Shown here: piece after piece, positions 60,601-64,000 of the stretch | How positions within the stretch are numbered: the stretch's first letter is position 1 | How the letters are laid out: every line of letters begins with the position of its first letter | From: Vicugna vicugna | Lineage: Eukaryota | Direction of reading: 5' to 3' | NCBI GenBank assembly: GCA_013265495.1 | Contig: MU058039.1 | Span: 870,591 to 934,590 of the forward strand | DNA: 64,000 nt | Program-made: the position numbers and the translations under genes | Notes under the pieces: generated by a model | What the model was told of the DNA's origin: nothing | The model's database searches: none | What the model saw: only the letters and a program-made list of their open reading frames with translations

Positions 60601-63589
60601 CTGGAGAACGAGTGTGTCAAGAAGTTGTGCCCCGTGCATTTCCATAGTAATGGCTCCGAGTACATCATGGCCCTCACCGCTGGCAAGCACGAAGGTTACG
60701 TCTACTTGGGGACTATCACAGGTAAGGCTGCAGCCCTCTGGCAGCCCGAGAGACCCCCTCCATACCCTCTCACCTCCAAGAATTCTGACCCCAGGCCCTC
60801 ACCCCTCACCATATTCCTTCAGGAGGGATCTCAGGTTGGAGGTTGTCTCTGTGATTTGGGATGGGTTTATACATTTGTCAGCGCAGGGCTTGGAGTGTGC
60901 TCTGTATCTTCATGATGTGCTTGGTTTCAAAGGGCAGAAGCTCAATTTAAAAATCATTTAAGTATAAAAACTTTGTAGACTTCTATAAATGGAAAGACCA
61001 GGATCCAATATCAGGCATGGCTGGATCCAGAGGCTCACAGGGTATATTGCCAGGACTCTGGCTATCTCTTGGCAAGGTTGTATAGCATAGGGATTATAGC
61101 ACAGCTTCTGGAGAGAGACTGCGCTAACACACCCAATTCAAGTCACCTGTGGCTTTAGACAGGTGACAATCTCTCTTTTTGGCCTTCTATCCTCATTTGC
61201 AAAATGAGGCTGATGTTACTAGTACCTGCCTCATCATGTTGACATAAAGATTAAATAAGTTAGCATATGTAAAGGTCTTAGCATAGTGCTGGGGACATGG
61301 TGAGTGCTGTTCAGGGTTTCTCATTATTAGCCCTGTCATTTGGCATCCTATTCAGGTAGGTACTCCTCTCATGGGGGTTAAAGATGACCTCCAGGAACTC
61401 AGAGCTCACATCTCCCACCTGTCTTGAGTCACTTGGAGAGAGTGGGAGCAGCTTCTTCCCTATTAACTCTAGCATGAATTCAGGGTGCAACCTTGGCTCA
61501 TTCTGGGTCACATGCCCAGACCTGAGCCAATTACTGTGACCAGAGGCAGATATAACTTTGATAGGCCAGATGTGAATGACTGAAAGGCCAGTTGGGTGAG
61601 ACCTGTCCCATGGAATCACAAAGACTAAGAGGGAGGCACAGGCATTCTACCACAGATAATTGGAAAGCTGATGTGTTGAGATGCTGGCCGGGCTGTGAAG
61701 GGCCTGAGAATTGACCTGTTCTGCTCTGCAGATGGCCGTGTGTCCTTCGAGTTGCTGCCCAGGCAGCAGTCTGTGTGTGATGCGATAAAAGGTACTCAGC
61801 TCCCAGATGGTTTGGGGGTGGGCAATGGGGGGTTGGAGGGTGTGGGAAAGCAAGGAAGGGTGGGAGAGCTCATGGGAATGGATGGGTAGTTTCTTGGGGA
61901 GGGGTGGAGAGTCAACCGGGATGGGCATGACAGTTACAGAGCCCACAGAGAGGGGCGGGGTCCCGGGGCTACTCTGGACCTCCTCCTTCCCAACCAGTTG
62001 TCAACTGCTCCATAACCTGGGCCGTGTTCGTTGCTGGTCACTACAATCTCCTGCTGCTGGTGGAAATTGAAGACCCCTCCACCAGGAAGTATTTCCAGGT
62101 GGTCAGCTATGACCTGGGTAATTGGGGCACCATGGGGGGCTGAGTGGGAAGGGGCAAGAGCCCATGGTGTGAACTGAGGGCCCATCCTGTGGGATCTGTG
62201 CCCAGCAGCCAGCCAGAAGGAAATGTTGTTCTGTCACTGCTGGGTAAGGGGCAGTGGTGGTGAACAGGCTGGAGAGGCTGAGAGGAAGTCAATGAGACTG
62301 AAACAGAGGGGAAAGCCAAGGGAGGGATATTGGAGAGATGAGCAGGTGCCAAATCTGGAAGGGCCTTGTGGTGCACAGTAAGGAGATCTGATTTGATTTT
62401 ACCCGAAGTGAGAATAGGGCTGCCATGTACAGTTGTACAAGCTGTGTATGGTGCTCCCCAGCCAAGGAGTCAGAGGAGGCAAGTCCTCTGCCCTAACAGG
62501 ACTGTATCCTCTCAGAGGCAGTGCCTTTGGACAATCCACATAAAGAAACTCTAAGAGCTAATAGGCCCAAGTGGGAAACCGTTGGAGAGTCTTTGGCGGA
62601 GTCGAGGGGCTGGGGACTTGCCCAGTTTCAGGTTTTGAAAGCTCAGGGCCTCAGGAGAGTTTGCTGCGTTTTCCCCACCTGCAGTCCGTGATTACCTGGT
62701 CATCCTCTACACCGTCCCAGAATTCATCCCTGACGGTAGGAGGGGAAGGCAGAGGGGGCCGCAAAGCTGGGTGGGGGCCAAGAGGGGCCCAGGTGACCCC
62801 ATCTCACTGCTGCATCCACTCTTCCTCTGTCTGCCAGCTCAAGGCCTGGAGTTCCTGAATATCCTAGGGGCAGAGTCTTATACCAACATCTCAATGGTAC
62901 CTAAGGGCATGTCCTATAACCCATATAACAACTGGCTGTTCATCTGGGGCAACTTCCTCCTGATGAGGTATGGGGGATGGGCTGACTCGGCCTCCCCAGC
63001 CCCATTAGAGTGGGGGTTCTTTCTGAAGTCACCAGGTTTTCAGAGTATGCCCAAGTCCAGAAGTTGTCAGGAACTGGGATGGGGGAAATATGGGTTGGGG
63101 TAGGCAGGGAAGGATGGGGGAAGCCGGTATTTTAAAGCTGGGAGCCCTTTCTTGAATGAAACTTGATGTAAAGACCCAATCTGTATGGGCAATGGAAGGG
63201 TATTGTCTGGGGAAATTTACCCCTCAGGAACCTAAGAGATCCAACGTCAATGCCATGGGCTGTTGGCACACTGCCAGGTTGGTTGAATGCTCCTGTTTAC
63301 AGATGGGTAGGTTAGCCAGAGGGTTTGGATTGGGGGCAGAAGCTAGGGTCCCATTCTTAAAAGGCTGGTGGAGGACTGAGTAGATGGTTCCTGCATCATG
63401 TTAGGCCCAGTGGGGGGAACAGATATTCCCCAGGGGCCTTGCCTGGGTGCCCCTACCTCCTATCTCTGCCCCAGCAGCTATAACAATCAAAACTTCATCT
63501 ACCTGGCGGATTTCCCCAAGGAGCTGTCCATCAAGTACCTGGTCAACTCATTCCATGGGGACGTGGCTATTGTCACAGAGACCGAGGAG
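48609..63589 (+). CDS. CATSPERG: CatSper channel auxiliary subunit gamma, first 13 coding exons (527 codons; partial, continues past the window)
   Basis: Exons 48609-48854 ([32 protein letters not shown]..), 48942-48995 ([15 protein letters not shown]), 52378-52522, 52857-52983 ([18 protein letters not shown]), 53159-53231, 54193-54348, 59148-59316 ([19 protein letters not shown]), 60584-60721, 61732-61791, 61998-62117, 62685-62735, 62838-62967, 63478-63589 ([22 protein letters not shown]). All GT-AG, phases consistent, no internal stops. Confidence 0.96.
49100..50325 (-). mobile_element. L1M fragment in a CATSPERG intron
   Basis: gagtggaattgctgggtcata, tgtggttttgatttgcattt, ttttgatgaagtccaatt, cccagtaccatttgttgaaa. 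Confidence 0.85.
49395..49525 (-). mobile_element. tRNA-derived SINE (Vic-1-like) inserted in an L1 fragment
   Basis: ggtaatt..ggaggtacc..gaacccgggacttcatgcatg..gagctataccctcccc. Confidence 0.75.
50567..50664 (+). mobile_element. tRNA-derived SINE (Vic-1-like) inserted in a MIR
   Basis: cagtggtagagcacatgc..ctgggttcaatccccag plus A tail; TSD cataaaat(a/g)attaa at 50553-50566 and 50665-50678. Confidence 0.8.
54714..55025. mobile_element. MER46C-like Tigger-family element
   Basis: ta|..ggtccac..aattctgaaatccaaa start and aaaattctga..acatctggctcccagggtttc..cctg|ta end. Confidence 0.65.
55995..56136 (-). mobile_element. tRNA-derived SINE (Vic-1-like) with an internal ~30-nt insertion
   Basis: Family head and tail present, with extra sequence at ~56059-56088. 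Confidence 0.75.
57791..57901 (-). mobile_element. tRNA-derived SINE (Vic-1-like) with a perfect 15-bp TSD and an internal deletion
   Basis: TSD cacatgaggactttt at 57776-57790 and 57902-57916; the target reads TT/AAAA on the minus strand (L1 endonuclease consensus). Confidence 0.88.
58226..58775. mobile_element. MLT1 (ERVL-MaLR) LTR
   Basis: ggctgccataa..ttaaacaacaga..tctcacagttctggaggct..gagatcaaggtgtcagcagggttgg. Confidence 0.8.
58617..58738 (+). mobile_element. tRNA-derived SINE (Vic-1-like) inserted in an MLT1 LTR
   Basis: ggggatagttcaagtggta..ggtcctgggttcaatccccagtacc..cctaattacc, A tail. Confidence 0.8.
59660..59692 (+). repeat. (CA)n microsatellite
   Basis: Direct reading. Confidence 0.95.
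59901..59934 (-). repeat. (CCCCA)n repeat with G-quadruplex potential on the minus strand
   Basis: Six C4-5 runs separated by single A. Confidence 0.8.
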
Positions 63590-64000
63590 GTGGGCCGCCC
63601 TGCCCTTCTTCCCACCTCCTCTCTGCCCACCCCCAAATCCTGGCGGGTCTCCCTTTTCCCCATTAGAGTAAAGGGGCCCAAGGGAGGGAAGGTCCTCAGG
63701 GACTCCGGGGGAAGGGCAACAGGAGATCCATTTATAGCTGAGACTCCTTGAGCTCAAAAAGGTCAAGTACCTCTTCCAAAGTCACTCAGCAGAGTGCAAG
63801 ACTTGTGCTTAGAGCCATGATGTGATTGCCAGAGGGGTGCCTCTTTTATTCCGTCATGCAGTTGTTCAGTTCATAAATATTGAGCACTTACTGTATGCCT
63901 GACCCGGTGCTGGGGACACAGTGATGACTGAGTTAGGCCCAGGCCCTGTGCTCACCGGGTCACAGTCCAGTTGGAAAGATGGACTTGTTCCCAGACAGTG

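Overview
Mammalian genomic DNA, probably camelid (inferred from eight copies of a tRNA-derived Vic-1-like SINE). The window is syntenic with human 19q13.2 and holds five spliced protein-coding genes whose exons I traced by hand with GT-AG boundaries and consistent phases. These are SPINT2 (+, exons 2-7; exon 1 lies left of the window), C19orf33/IMUP/H2RSP (+, complete, 106 aa), YIF1B (-, complete, 309/312 aa), KCNK6 (+, complete, 313 aa) and the first 13 coding exons of CATSPERG (+, runs off the right end). Introns and intergenic DNA are rich in old repeats (L1M, L2, MIR, MLT1, MER/Tigger DNA elements, solo LTRs). Most ORF-track entries are spurious. The main unexplained signal is a 352-codon, strong-Kozak, Arg/Gly/Ser-rich ORF built from 18- and 24-bp repeats between the CATSPERG promoter and its first coding exon, next to an acceptor-like site reading CAT|G instead of CAG|G. 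Other observations are phase compatibility for an in-frame SPINT2-C19orf33 read-through fusion, a recent 111-bp microhomology-flanked templated insertion, alternative YIF1B N-termini and damaged SINE copies. I found no demonstrably new biological system; all findings are hypotheses. Gene and repeat names come from recalled sequences, not from a search.
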